Assembly: GCA_963780265.1 (NCBI GenBank)
Contig: CAWABQ010000022.1
Coordinates: 8,548 to 72,547 of the forward strand
DNA: 64,000 nucleotides
Direction: 5' to 3'
DNA from: Candidatus Bathyarchaeota archaeon
Lineage (GTDB): Archaea > Thermoproteota > Bathyarchaeia > 40CM-2-53-6
The notes under the pieces were generated by a model that saw only the letters and a list, made by a program, of their open reading frames with translations, did no database searches and was not told where the DNA came from. A program made the translations under genes and the position numbers. Of the stretch, positions 27,060-36,853 are shown piece after piece; position 1 is the stretch's first letter; the number at the start of each line of letters is the position of its first letter.

Positions 27060-27440
27060 TCAGCCAAAGGTTTTGCAGCCGTACGAGTATTTTGGGTAAG
27101 GCAACATCGGCCCTGGGAAGAATGGCATGCTGAGTCGGGGCGGAGAGCGGCGCACGTGGCATAGGGGGCAATAGGCATTTCTAGATTCGTACCGTATGCA
27201 GCTCATGCAGATCGGTGCTCCGCACATGGCGCAATTGAACTGGCTCGGAAGCCATGGATGGTAAAGGCATCCTGCAGACCTTTCGATGGGCAAGACTGGA
27301 ATCGTCGCAGCGACCTCTGTTGTTGCAGGAACATAGTGGGCGGGACGAACTACAACTGATTGCCCGCACTTCAAACAGTAGTTGGCTTCGTCTCTGCTTT
27401 CGGCTCCACACGCTGAGCACTTCTTGACCAACACGCTCAC
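27060..27440 (-). CDS. zinc-ribbon protein
   Basis: The N-terminal ribbon is CSACGA...CLKCG. The C-terminus has CAMCGAPICMSC...CPLCH. Confidence 0.55.
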   Translation of the reverse strand: MSVLVKKCSACGAESRDEANYCLKCGQSVVVRPAHYVPATTEVAATIPVLPIERSAGCLYHPWLPSQFNCAMCGAPICMSCIRYESRNAYCPLCHVRRSPPRLSMPFFPGPMLPYPKYSYGCKTFG

Positions 27441-27547
27441 GCAATAATGGCAGATGCGGACGAGTTAGATAATATTTCCTCAGCTCCCTGACAACTTGAA
27501 ACTCTTATGAATGCGAGGGTTCAAACTGGAGGCCAATCGGGAGAAAC

Positions 27548-27655
27548 ATGTCGTTCACGAGCTGCCCGAGATGCGGTGGCCCTCTTGAGTTCATTTCGGG
27601 TAGCAAGACAAGGTCGAAATGTAGGAGCTGCGGTTTCTACGACGATTGTTGCTAG
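27548..27655 (+). CDS. 35-aa zinc-ribbon mini-protein (below the ORF-track size cutoff)
   Basis: ATG 27548 ... TAG 27653-27655 encodes MSFTSCPRCGGPLEFISGSKTRSKCRSCGFYDDCC. The stop abuts the GTG start of the methyltransferase. Confidence 0.35.
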   Translation: MSFTSCPRCGGPLEFISGSKTRSKCRSCGFYDDCC

Positions 27656-28300
27656 GTGCAGATGATGCGGTACGAAGATGTCGTGGACTATGTCCAGCGA
27701 ATGGTTGGGGAAGGCGATGGGCTCCAGAAATGGGTATATGAGAAGTCACAGGAATTAAGGGGCCACGGTGTCTTCTCAATCGACCCCACAAGGGGGCGGT
27801 TCTTGGAGTTAGTGGCCAGAATGACTAGTCCTGACCGGGTGCTTGAGATTGGTTCCGGCGCCGGCTACAGCGCGCTCTGGTTCATGAAAGGCATGGATGT
27901 AAAGGGAACGTTGGACGCGATCGAGGTTGATCCGCAAGTTGTAGAAGTACTCCGAACAGTCATAGGAAAGGCTGGTTTGGAAGGACGGATTGAGATTCAT
28001 AACGGGTCGGCCTTAGAAATTCTTGGCAAGATGAATGGACCCTACGATCTAGTCTTCATTGACGCCGACAAAGATGAATACCCTGCTTACTTAGATCATG
28101 CTCTAAGATTCACCAGAGCTGGAAGCACCATCTTGGCAGATAACCTGCTGTGGAGTGGCGCCACTGTTCGAGCCGATAGGCGCCGGAAAGGTGTACGTGG
28201 CATTATGGAGTATACGAAGCGCATTTTCGCCGACCCGAGGTTGTCCAGCATACTCGTCCCATTAGGAGACGGCGTGGCTCTAAGCTACCGTATCAAATAA
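27656..28300 (+). CDS. class I SAM-dependent O-methyltransferase (family 3, caffeoyl-CoA OMT-like)
   Basis: SAM motif VLEIGSGAGYSALW, then YDLVFIDADKDEYPAYL. Confidence 0.8.
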   Translation: MQMMRYEDVVDYVQRMVGEGDGLQKWVYEKSQELRGHGVFSIDPTRGRFLELVARMTSPDRVLEIGSGAGYSALWFMKGMDVKGTLDAIEVDPQVVEVLRTVIGKAGLEGRIEIHNGSALEILGKMNGPYDLVFIDADKDEYPAYLDHALRFTRAGSTILADNLLWSGATVRADRRRKGVRGIMEYTKRIFADPRLSSILVPLGDGVALSYRIK

Positions 28301-28369
28301 ACTCGGAACCTGGAATTCTCCGATAAACCCATTAATCCGCCAACGTTCGAACCGCACTCGTTCACATCG

Positions 28370-29026
28370 ATGCTAAGGATCACGAAGACAGGGGCGCTGA
28401 AAGTGTCCCTGCTCGGAATCGTCTCAGTCATAGTAGTGGAAAGCTTCGCCGCATTAACCACAGGAAGCCTAGCCCTACTGAGCGATTCCGCTCATGCCTC
28501 TTTCGATGCACTATCGACTTTGATTCTGCTCGTCGCAACGAGCCTATCCTTGAAACCTGCAGACGAAGACCACACCTACGGCCACGGGAAATTCGAGTCG
28601 CTGGGCGCCCTCATCGGCGGAATCGTACTCTTCATTCTAGCAATCGGCATCGTCGCCCTAGCGGTATTCCGATTGAGCGTTGGAAGTGTGATGCACCCTA
28701 GTGTGTTAGGGTACGCTGCAGCGGGGTACACGATCGGTATAGACATCATGAGGATAGTAGTTCTGACCGCCGCATTAAAGACCGGAAGCTTAACGGTGCG
28801 CGCCGACCTTTACCATGCGATATCAGATTTCTTTTCCACTTCACTTGTTTTCGTTGCTCTGGGCTTGGCCAGCTTTGGATACTCGGTTGGAGACACAGCC
28901 GTTTCACTCGCACTCGCAGCAATGCTCGGCTACCTGAACACTCGACTGATCCACGCATCGATACTCGACCTCAGTGACGCCGTTTCTGGGAAACTTGTAC
29001 AGTCAATTCTCCCGCGAGATCCGTAA
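28370..29026 (+). CDS. cation diffusion facilitator (CDF) transporter, membrane-domain fragment (frameshifted)
   Basis: SLALLSDSAHASFDALS and ADLYHAISD are metal-site motifs in TM2 and TM5. The join at the C-run 29011-29013 gives ...LVQSILREIRKTVE.... Confidence 0.85.
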   Translation: MLRITKTGALKVSLLGIVSVIVVESFAALTTGSLALLSDSAHASFDALSTLILLVATSLSLKPADEDHTYGHGKFESLGALIGGIVLFILAIGIVALAVFRLSVGSVMHPSVLGYAAAGYTIGIDIMRIVVLTAALKTGSLTVRADLYHAISDFFSTSLVFVALGLASFGYSVGDTAVSLALAAMLGYLNTRLIHASILDLSDAVSGKLVQSILPRDP

Positions 29027-29729
29027 AACTGTCGAGGTGCTCAAAATCAAAGAACTCCGAGTGAGACGTGTTGGGCAAGTAACCTACGTCGATGCCGTGG
29101 TCGCCGTCTCACCATTCGCGGGAATTACAGATGCCGACACGATCGCTTCGAAGATTGAAAACAATCTCACGAAACTCCTCGGCAAATCGTCAATATTGAT
29201 CCACCTCGAACCATTAGAATGGGCTGTCCCGCTCGAGTTGAAGATTCGGGACGCAGCGAGTAGGGTTGAAGGCGCCCGAGGACTTCACAACCTGTCGGTC
29301 ACGAAAATTGGCAATGGGTTGTACGTGACGCTTCACGTTCAGGTAGATCCTTCATTGCCGCTTGAGAAGGCACACGGAATAGCAGAGTCCATAGAAAAAG
29401 GGATTGGAAAATCCGTTCCGGAAGTGCGTCAGGTTACGGTTCACCTCGAACCTTCGATTCCGGAGAGTGAGAGAGGGACATTCGTTGACGACAAATACGT
29501 ATCCGAAACAATCAGGTCGGTGGTCCAAGGCTACCCGGACGTACTTGAAATCAGCGCAATCACAATCTATGCAACCGGCGACAAGTTGCACATCAACGTC
29601 CACTGCCTGTTCACAGGTGACGCGCCTATCTCAGAAATACATGAGATGATTTCACGGATCGAAGAAGGCGTCAGGCAGAGAATCAACAATGCAATTGTAA
29701 CGATACACCCTGAGCCTATTCGGCGATAG
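28974..29729 (+). CDS. CDF transporter, cytoplasmic C-terminal domain fragment (appears duplicated)
   Basis: VLKIKELRVRRVGQVTYVDAVVAV and GLHNLSVTKIGNGLYVTLHVQV look like two ZT_dimer-like alpha-beta units. Confidence 0.75.
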   Translation: MTPFLGNLYSQFSREIRKTVEVLKIKELRVRRVGQVTYVDAVVAVSPFAGITDADTIASKIENNLTKLLGKSSILIHLEPLEWAVPLELKIRDAASRVEGARGLHNLSVTKIGNGLYVTLHVQVDPSLPLEKAHGIAESIEKGIGKSVPEVRQVTVHLEPSIPESERGTFVDDKYVSETIRSVVQGYPDVLEISAITIYATGDKLHINVHCLFTGDAPISEIHEMISRIEEGVRQRINNAIVTIHPEPIRR

Positions 29730-29771
29730 CCTTCACAAGTTAGTTTCGCCCTAGCGCTCACTTGTGGAGAG

Positions 29772-30278
29772 TCAGTTCAGTAGTTTTGTCATAACGTAGG
29801 CGTCGAACCCATCAAAATAGTAGCGGGGAATCGTGCGGGTAATCTCGAAACTCATCTTCTTGTATAGGTTGATGGCCTCGACGTTATTGGTTCGGACCTC
29901 TAAGTAACATTCGTCAGAATGATGCACGGATAGCGCTGATAACGCTTGTTCCACAAGCGAGTGACCAATGCCCAGGTTCCTGAAGTCTGGCATCACTGCC
30001 ACAGAAATGATGTGTCCTTTTCTTGCGAACCTGAGTTTCTTCAAGTCTGAGAAACCATGTTCCAGGCGGCACATTATGTAACCTACAACCTGCCCATGAG
30101 ACTCAGCCACTATGAAGGTCTCTGGTAGAGTGTTGAAAGTGTCGATGAAGAAGTAGGCGGCGTAATTTTCAGGTAGGCAGACGCGATTAATGTTGATGAC
30201 CGCTTCAAGGTCTGAAGGGCCGAAGCGCCTGAGTGTGTATTCTTTCTGAATCAGCAAAGGGCTGTCCGATTTTTCCAT
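29772..30278 (-). CDS. rimI: GNAT N-acetyltransferase (RimI / archaeal Ard1-like)
   Basis: GHIISVAVMPDFRNLGIGHSLVEQAL (acetyl-CoA motif) and YLEVRTNNVEAINLYKKMSF. Confidence 0.8.
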   Translation of the reverse strand: MEKSDSPLLIQKEYTLRRFGPSDLEAVININRVCLPENYAAYFFIDTFNTLPETFIVAESHGQVVGYIMCRLEHGFSDLKKLRFARKGHIISVAVMPDFRNLGIGHSLVEQALSALSVHHSDECYLEVRTNNVEAINLYKKMSFEITRTIPRYYFDGFDAYVMTKLLN

Positions 30279-30383
30279 GGAGCCCTCAACTATATGATAC
30301 TATCTGCGTATTCGCACAACGATTCCGAGAATACGTTTAAATGACATTTTTCTGTAAGCGCAGAAAGCCAGAAGGACAACTCA

Positions 30384-31529
30384 GTGACCGCTGCCACAGG
30401 GCCTGTAACAGAGTGGCGTCCGCCATCTTTTCCAGTCGATTTCGGGTCATTACGTAACATGGTCGAGTATCGTTTTACACTGAAGGATGCCTATGTTGAT
30501 GTCGAAGGCTTGCCCACATTCATAGTCGCCCAGGAACCGATGAAAGATAAGTTCAGGGAACTGCTCCATGATTTGGCCAATCATAATCTTATGGCGAAGA
30601 TTAGGAGGGTGCAGGATAAGCTTGTCATCTCCATGTTTCCTAAACCGAGCCTTGGCAAACCTCGCAAGATCATTAATTTAGTCATGTTCGTTGCCACCAT
30701 TTTTACAGTTGGAATAGCAAGTTCTGCCCTCATATTCGATGTTGACCCACGCCTGACCGCTGCGCTTTTTGCAAAATCTGATTTGAACATTCAGGTTGTC
30801 ATCCTCGGGGCATCAATTCTCGGAATAGTTGTCTTACATGAGTTGGGACACGTGGTTGCGGTGCGTCACCATGGGATGGACGCTACTTTACCCTACTTTG
30901 TTCCCGCCCCGCCCCCGTTCCCCTTCGGAACCTTCGGAGCCCTTATCTCACTTCGCGGGCCGCCGGCCAACCGTGACCAGCTATTCGACCTTGGCTTCAG
31001 TGGCCCGCTCGCAGGGTTCTTGGCTACGATTGGGGTGGGGATATTCGCATTTCTCACAGCACCCATAATCGCAGAGCAAGAGGCATCAAGCCTCATAGCC
31101 GCAAACCTTCTCTCGTCGAGGCCCTGGCCCTATACTCCATTATTCTTGCAACTCTTGGGCCAACTAGGTTTGAGAACAGTTCCAGCCGGCCACGTACTAG
31201 TTTTGACTCAAATTGCGTTCGCGGCTGAAGTGGGGGCACTCATAACCTTCTTGAACATTCTACCAGTCTGGCAGCTTGATGGCGGCCATATTTCCCGGGC
31301 CACTTTCGGAAACCAAGGGCACAAGTATGCTGCGCTGGTCGGGTTCGGGGTCTTGTTTCTGGCTGGTTACTGGGGGTTTGCACTGCTCCTCCTCCTATTC
31401 ATGTTCATAAGCCGCCGCCCTCTCGAAGGTGTTGAACCTTTAGACGACGTATCCCCACTTTCGACCACAAGAAAATTGCTATTTGCCGTAGCTCTCGGTA
31501 TGCTCGTCCTCTCATTCGTAATCTTCTAA
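30384..31529 (+). CDS. M50 family (site-2 protease-like) membrane metalloprotease
   Basis: HExxH is HELGHVVAVRHHG. The second motif is NILPVWQLDGGH. Multiple TM helices. Confidence 0.8.
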   Translation: MTAATGPVTEWRPPSFPVDFGSLRNMVEYRFTLKDAYVDVEGLPTFIVAQEPMKDKFRELLHDLANHNLMAKIRRVQDKLVISMFPKPSLGKPRKIINLVMFVATIFTVGIASSALIFDVDPRLTAALFAKSDLNIQVVILGASILGIVVLHELGHVVAVRHHGMDATLPYFVPAPPPFPFGTFGALISLRGPPANRDQLFDLGFSGPLAGFLATIGVGIFAFLTAPIIAEQEASSLIAANLLSSRPWPYTPLFLQLLGQLGLRTVPAGHVLVLTQIAFAAEVGALITFLNILPVWQLDGGHISRATFGNQGHKYAALVGFGVLFLAGYWGFALLLLLFMFISRRPLEGVEPLDDVSPLSTTRKLLFAVALGMLVLSFVIF

Positions 31530-31554
31530 GAGTCCCACGCCAACGGGAAAACGC

Positions 31555-32274
31555 TTGCAGCCCGACATTCAAATCAAACTACTCGAACTCACTAGGCACA
31601 GTCGGAGAATTTCCTTAAGTGAATTGGCGCAAGGGCTCCGCGCCGGACCAGCTACTTTGACCTCGCAAGTCGAAGAGCTGCGTAGCAAAGGCCTAGTGAC
31701 CTTTAGTCAGGAGCAAATCGAACTTGATTCACGGCAACGAATCATGTTGGCCGAAGAACTAATCCATGGCGGGCGCGACCCTCAGAGAGTTTCGCGGTTC
31801 TTGGAGTGGCAGGAATTCGAGAATTTTGCAGCGCTTTCGTTTGAGGAGAACGGCTTTCACACCGCCAAGCATGTCGTCTTCAAGACTGGAGCCGGGCGGA
31901 GAGAGGTCGATATGTTCGCTTGGAACGACACATTTCTTTTCGCAGTTGATTGCAAACATTGGCTGCGAGGCTTTTCCCCGGCACGAATGAGGGACGCCGT
32001 TCAAGCCCAGGTTGAAAGAACCACGGCCATGGCCGATAGACCTGAACTATTAGTCAAAATCGGGGTCATGCACCCTGGCAGGAGGAACATTGTGCCCGTA
32101 ATATTCGCGTTGGGCAACCCACGCCAGCCGGTTGTTGATGGAGTTCCTGTCGTCTCTGTTTCGAAACTTGTGAGTTTCTTGTACGGGATTTCACCTGTCG
32201 ATGAGAGATTTCGCAGCTTTCCCGTGAAGAATTCGGGTACGGCAACCCTGTTCGGAGAACAACCGAAGCCCTAA
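31555..32274 (+). CDS. wHTH protein with a restriction-endonuclease-like (Mrr_cat / PD-(D/E)XK) domain
   Basis: The N-terminal wHTH is ISLSELAQGL...VEELRSKGLV. Next comes WQEFENFAALSFEENGF...REVDMFAW...FAVDCKHW, giving a D...D-x-K layout. Confidence 0.5.
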   Translation: MQPDIQIKLLELTRHSRRISLSELAQGLRAGPATLTSQVEELRSKGLVTFSQEQIELDSRQRIMLAEELIHGGRDPQRVSRFLEWQEFENFAALSFEENGFHTAKHVVFKTGAGRREVDMFAWNDTFLFAVDCKHWLRGFSPARMRDAVQAQVERTTAMADRPELLVKIGVMHPGRRNIVPVIFALGNPRQPVVDGVPVVSVSKLVSFLYGISPVDERFRSFPVKNSGTATLFGEQPKP

Positions 32275-32304
32275 TTTCATCGGACTGGCACAACGGCAGT
32301 AACC

Positions 32305-32964
32305 TTGAGCGATATCGAACCAACTACCCAACAGTTGACGAACGCACTGCTCGCTGGAAGAGCTGAAGAGGTCCGACAGAGCACTAATGCAGCGTTAGCT
32401 GGAGGTAGCACCCCCAACGAAATACTGGATGCGTTGGTTGACGCGGTGAACATCGTCGTTGACCTGCATGAAGTTGGAGAATACGATCAGGGCAGAGTGG
32501 ACGCTGTGGAGAATGCGGTCGGCTCGTGTCTTCAGGTTATTGAAGACCGACTTGCAGTGGCTGAGGGGAAGTTCAACATCAAGGCGACCACAGGCCCAAT
32601 TGGCCTCAAAGCTGGAAACTTGCTCTCAATGGCGGTATCTGCATCGCTCAGGTCCGCAGGGTTTCGGTCCGTAAACTTGGGCAAGAGCCAGACACCATTG
32701 GAACTTCTTCGAAACTCGGAAGAGCTCGGAGCGGATTTAGTTGTCCCGTTACTATCGAGTGAAGAAGTTGAAAAACAACTACAGACCTTCACCGAGGCTG
32801 TTGAACGCGGAGGGTTCAAAACGAAATTCGGGGTCATCCCAGTCGCACCTGGCCTACCAGAAACCATTCAGACTTCCTTTATGATCGCGAGAAACTCCAG
32901 CGAGGCAATCAGCAAAGCAACTGAATGGGCGTTGAAACGCCAAAGTCAGAACAGGGCTAAATGA
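32305..32964 (+). CDS. corrinoid-protein-like (B12-binding-domain-like) protein lacking the DxHxxG motif
   Basis: The N-terminal helical cap is LTNALLAGRAEEVRQSTNAALAGGSTPNEILDALVDAV. A Rossmann-like half follows with TTGPIGLKAG at the place where DxHxxG is expected. Confidence 0.45.
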   Translation: MSDIEPTTQQLTNALLAGRAEEVRQSTNAALAGGSTPNEILDALVDAVNIVVDLHEVGEYDQGRVDAVENAVGSCLQVIEDRLAVAEGKFNIKATTGPIGLKAGNLLSMAVSASLRSAGFRSVNLGKSQTPLELLRNSEELGADLVVPLLSSEEVEKQLQTFTEAVERGGFKTKFGVIPVAPGLPETIQTSFMIARNSSEAISKATEWALKRQSQNRAK

Positions 32965-32985
32965 ACTAGCGAAGGCAACGAGGCA

Positions 32986-33519
32986 TCAGGTTTTCCAGAA
33001 TCCGTCGAAGGTTGAGAATGCAAGGTCACCGATCTCCGGAATGAAATGGTCTGTCACGATTATCAGAAACGCCACTGCGAACACGCCAAGAATGAGGCCT
33101 GTGGGGTAGTGGGCGAGGGACCACGGTAAGATCCCGTTGTAGAGCAGCCATATCTCCAAGGCTATCCGGCCAATGTTCGCGACGTAGACGGTTACGGCAA
33201 CAATCCCAAGAGCAGTGAGTCTTTTCTTGATGGCAACTTTAGGCATGGCAACAATAATTCCCAAGAAGACCGCAATCACTTGAACACCAGTACACATTCG
33301 CTGGATTTCGAATTGATTCAAGAAGACTTGATTGCCCTGGTACCAAACGGTTGCCTTAATTCCAATTAACTCCATCAGGATAGCTGAATGTTCCGCAATG
33401 AGTTTTTCGAAGAAGAAATAGTTCGGTAAGTAGTATAACACGAGTGCGATAACGGATGTTATTCCGAGAACCCGTCCGATTTCGAAAATCTTCTGCCGCT
33501 GGAAGTGCTCCGATCCCAT
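32986..33519 (-). CDS. exosortase/archaeosortase-family protein (short form) with a Cys/Arg/His triad
   Basis: 177 aa with about 5 TM helices. Motifs are EIQRMC(76)TGVQV, VANIGR(118)IALE and LAH(137)YPTG. It is adjacent to a PEF-CTERM gene. Confidence 0.7.
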   Translation of the reverse strand: MGSEHFQRQKIFEIGRVLGITSVIALVLYYLPNYFFFEKLIAEHSAILMELIGIKATVWYQGNQVFLNQFEIQRMCTGVQVIAVFLGIIVAMPKVAIKKRLTALGIVAVTVYVANIGRIALEIWLLYNGILPWSLAHYPTGLILGVFAVAFLIIVTDHFIPEIGDLAFSTFDGFWKT

Positions 33520-33710
33520 AGCCTATGCTTCCTCGCATGGCACATAATGAAAGTTGCTTGCACTCCCCTTGCAGGGGCTGCGACTGCGTGCCCGTCCTAG
33601 GCACTGTTGTGGGCTGAGAATCTTGCAGAAACAAAACAAGTTCAAGGCTTTCCTCATTCACAAATGCCCATATAAAACGCAGAACTTGCGCTGGCAGTTT
33701 GCCCGTTCTG

Positions 33711-34178
33711 TTACCTTTTTCGTTTCCTGTGCTTCATTACCGTTAGGGCTGCTGTGATCGCTACGATCGCAATGGTCGATGCCATTCCCGTGGGAAATTC
33801 AGGTACTGGTACGTGGGATTGTTCAAGGGTGAAATTGCTTGGAGTCGATGAACCGTCCGAGACGGCAACAGTGTTACTGTAAGCCGTGTACCCTGGTTCT
33901 ATAACAGTGACGTTGTAAGTGCCTGTGGGTACGTACATTTCATAATAGCCGCTTGAGCCCGTATATGCCACGAATTTGTATTGGCCGTTGGTCGCGGTTA
34001 CAGTGGCCCATTCGATGGGTTGAAGTTGGTCGTACATATCGAATCCTAGCACCTGGCCCCTAATCAGTCCGCCTCCGTAACTCGGATTTGGTTGAGACTG
34101 CGCGATTGCTACTCTTGCTCCGAGCAGGGCCAGTGCGATCATTCCCGCCGCCATAAGGACGTAACACACGAGCTTCAT
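33711..34178 (-). CDS. secreted CarboxypepD_reg-like beta-sandwich protein with a PEF-CTERM sorting signal
   Basis: Signal peptide MKLVCYVLMAAGMIALALLGARVAIA. Then GYYEMYVPTGTYNVTVIEPGYTAY. The C-terminus is VPVPEFPTGMASTIAIVAITAALTVMKHRKRKR. Confidence 0.75.
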   Translation of the reverse strand: MKLVCYVLMAAGMIALALLGARVAIAQSQPNPSYGGGLIRGQVLGFDMYDQLQPIEWATVTATNGQYKFVAYTGSSGYYEMYVPTGTYNVTVIEPGYTAYSNTVAVSDGSSTPSNFTLEQSHVPVPEFPTGMASTIAIVAITAALTVMKHRKRKR

Positions 34179-34391
34179 CTAGAGTCGTTAGAGGGATGGA
34201 TGAAAGTTCCAATAAACGTTTTGCAGGAAAGGACCATTGTCTACACAAAAACCGTTCTGTAGATACGATACCTGAACATGAATAACGCAATTGCGTAAAC
34301 AATTGCCACATGGACATTTAGCAGTAGGCGTGGGGAAGGTACATGTCTACATTTTCAGTAGGCGCATTGGCGCCACTCGAGGCAATTTGCC

Positions 34392-36692
34392 ATGCTATCC
34401 AGAAATTTCGCGCTCAGCATCCTGTTGGCCGTGATTCTAGCGGGTTTCGTGGCCCCGTCTGTGAGTGGGCAGAACGTTTTCCTTACGGTGCCGCAACCGA
34501 GTGGTTCGGTATCGAATCAAATAATCGATTTCTACGCAGGGGGAAGCTTTGAAGGGTACCAGCTTCAAGTTTCTCCGAAGGGCGGCACTTTATCGATAAA
34601 CGATAACCTTGCGATGAGTCTGGTGCCTTGGGGTTACATCTCTGCCAAATGGACCGTCGGCAGAATTTACATCATTTTCCTGGTTAATGTTACGGAAACC
34701 AATTTCAGGATTGGTTTTCTTTATTTGACAAACTCCTCGGCGCAGGCGTTCTTGCTTCGTTGGTTCGACTATAGCAGCGGACAAGTCAGCACCTTGAACC
34801 TCCAGGGAGTTCAGCACGTGTATAACAGAACTGTGGCAACGAGTTCCGTGGAACTGCCAAGATTACACATCCCAACCTTGCCGACGGCGGTGAGTGGCAT
34901 GTACGCCCTCGGTTCTCGGCTGTACCTCAACGGGAAAGGAGGACTCCTACTGAATGATTCACGCCAACTCAAAATTGTCCCTCTACTGAACCAACTCTTC
35001 TACGGGCCAACGGATTATAACGAACTCTGGTCCCTCCTCGTTGATGATGCCGGTGGCTATTATTTTGCAATCCTATACTTACAAAATTCCGATTCGTCTC
35101 ACGTGATTATCGAACACCAACTGAGATTGAATGATTATAGAAAACTCAACGGCCAGACGGTTGATGCGAAATGGACTAAGGGACCGTTTGATCACCAAGT
35201 CATTGTGAGAACGCCAGCCGCAAGCATCACCGTCAAGATCGACGGGTTTCCGTTCCAAACAAACAACAACGGAGTAGCCTCGACCAGTGTTCCAAACGGT
35301 GTCGTGACCGTGCAGGTGCCCCAAGAGATCACGAACCCGGCTAACGCCAAGGTAATTTTCTCCAGATGGAACAAATATGGCGCTTCAAACCCGCTTAGCA
35401 TACAGGTAAATTCCTCGCTAGATATCACCGCAAAATACGACCAGCAGGTTCCATTGCTCGTAACGAGCCTATACGGAAACCCTCAGGGCTCGGGCTGGTA
35501 CCTGAGAGGTACAAATGCAACCTTTTCGGTGGAGAACGAGGTAAACAATGGCAACGGGACCAGAAGGGTTTTCCAACGTTGGGAGGGCGGTTCCAATTCT
35601 ACAGATAATCAGGCGTGGATTATTCTCAACTCTCCGGCACAGGTTTCAGCATCATGGAAAACTCAATTCCAAGTAACTGTAAATGCTGTCGGCTTGCCAG
35701 CGAACGCGAGTGCGGTTGCGCTCGTTGGCAATAACCTTGTGACGATCAACGGGTCCGAAGTGTATACGCAGTGGATTGACGCGAACACTCAGCTACCAAT
35801 TGTTGTGCAAACCAAGCAGATCACGGGCGCTTCAAACAATTACTTCCTCTCAGAACTTCGCGCCGACAACCAGACACTCACAGGAAACCTGGAGGTCGTG
35901 AAGCCCGTCGACGTCTCGCTGGTATACTCTGTAACTCCAAAACTAGCTCCAAAGCTCAGTCTCAATATTCTCCCATCCGTTGCGGTCGCAGGGTACCCGT
36001 TATCGATTACGTGCTCGGTTGATGGGTTGACGGGTGGACCTGCAATGGTCGACATAGGATACAGCTTGACCGACGGCAACTGGCAAGAGCTCGCAAAGGT
36101 GCCGGCGACACAAAACGGTGTGTTTGCTTACACGTGGCAACCGAGTACAGCCGGAAACTATTCGATTAGAGCCTATTGGCCGGGTGACCAAATGCATTCT
36201 TCAGCTTCCCGTGTAGTCGCGGTGAGAGTGGTGGGTTCCTCGGTTCCAACGTTCGGTGGTTCCGACGTGCTTACGCCGCTCTTCCAGGCCGGTTTAGCAG
36301 CCATTGGGCAAGTACCGTACCTTTCCTCTCTAATCACCTTCGCCGCGTCCATGCTAACCTTGGGGTACGTTTTGACATCATTCCTTCTCCCCGGCGGCTC
36401 ACCAATGTTTGGATACTTTATCGGAAGCATCTTCGTCGGATTCATCTATGTTTTCCCACTTAGTGCCGCTGTGGTACTCATCAGGGCCTCGAAGACAGGG
36501 CGTAGGCCTAGTTTGCTCTGGCTTACGCCGCTACTGACTATTTGGTTATTATCACTAGCCTTAGTTATCATCAGTCCTACGCTCGTTACACCACAGCCTC
36601 TGGTCGTGGCATCACAGATCCTACTCGTGTTCAGCAACGTGTTTGTGATTCCCTTGCTTGCAGCCTTCGGGCTTGCTAGATTAGTTATTTGA
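34392..36692 (+). CDS. large surface protein with a polytopic C-terminal membrane domain
   Basis: Signal/anchor MLSRNFALSILLAVILAGFVAPSVSG. It has a GSGWY-type beta repeat and an Ig-like segment YSIRAYWPGDQMHSSASRVVAVRV. About 5 TM helices lie in the last 170 aa. The ORF is intact. Confidence 0.7.
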   Translation: MLSRNFALSILLAVILAGFVAPSVSGQNVFLTVPQPSGSVSNQIIDFYAGGSFEGYQLQVSPKGGTLSINDNLAMSLVPWGYISAKWTVGRIYIIFLVNVTETNFRIGFLYLTNSSAQAFLLRWFDYSSGQVSTLNLQGVQHVYNRTVATSSVELPRLHIPTLPTAVSGMYALGSRLYLNGKGGLLLNDSRQLKIVPLLNQLFYGPTDYNELWSLLVDDAGGYYFAILYLQNSDSSHVIIEHQLRLNDYRKLNGQTVDAKWTKGPFDHQVIVRTPAASITVKIDGFPFQTNNNGVASTSVPNGVVTVQVPQEITNPANAKVIFSRWNKYGASNPLSIQVNSSLDITAKYDQQVPLLVTSLYGNPQGSGWYLRGTNATFSVENEVNNGNGTRRVFQRWEGGSNSTDNQAWIILNSPAQVSASWKTQFQVTVNAVGLPANASAVALVGNNLVTINGSEVYTQWIDANTQLPIVVQTKQITGASNNYFLSELRADNQTLTGNLEVVKPVDVSLVYSVTPKLAPKLSLNILPSVAVAGYPLSITCSVDGLTGGPAMVDIGYSLTDGNWQELAKVPATQNGVFAYTWQPSTAGNYSIRAYWPGDQMHSSASRVVAVRVVGSSVPTFGGSDVLTPLFQAGLAAIGQVPYLSSLITFAASMLTLGYVLTSFLLPGGSPMFGYFIGSIFVGFIYVFPLSAAVVLIRASKTGRRPSLLWLTPLLTIWLLSLALVIISPTLVTPQPLVVASQILLVFSNVFVIPLLAAFGLARLVI

Positions 36693-36853
36693 CGATAATC
36701 TGAAATCTTTCAGAATTCGCGACTAAGCAGTAACGTTGCATGATTATTGTTAATCCGGATGAATAGTCGCATTTGGGCGTGCATGTTTCCATGCCCCTAA
36801 ACACTTTATGAAATCAGAGAGAACACGATCGAAAAGGTTCGGTCGACGAAATT

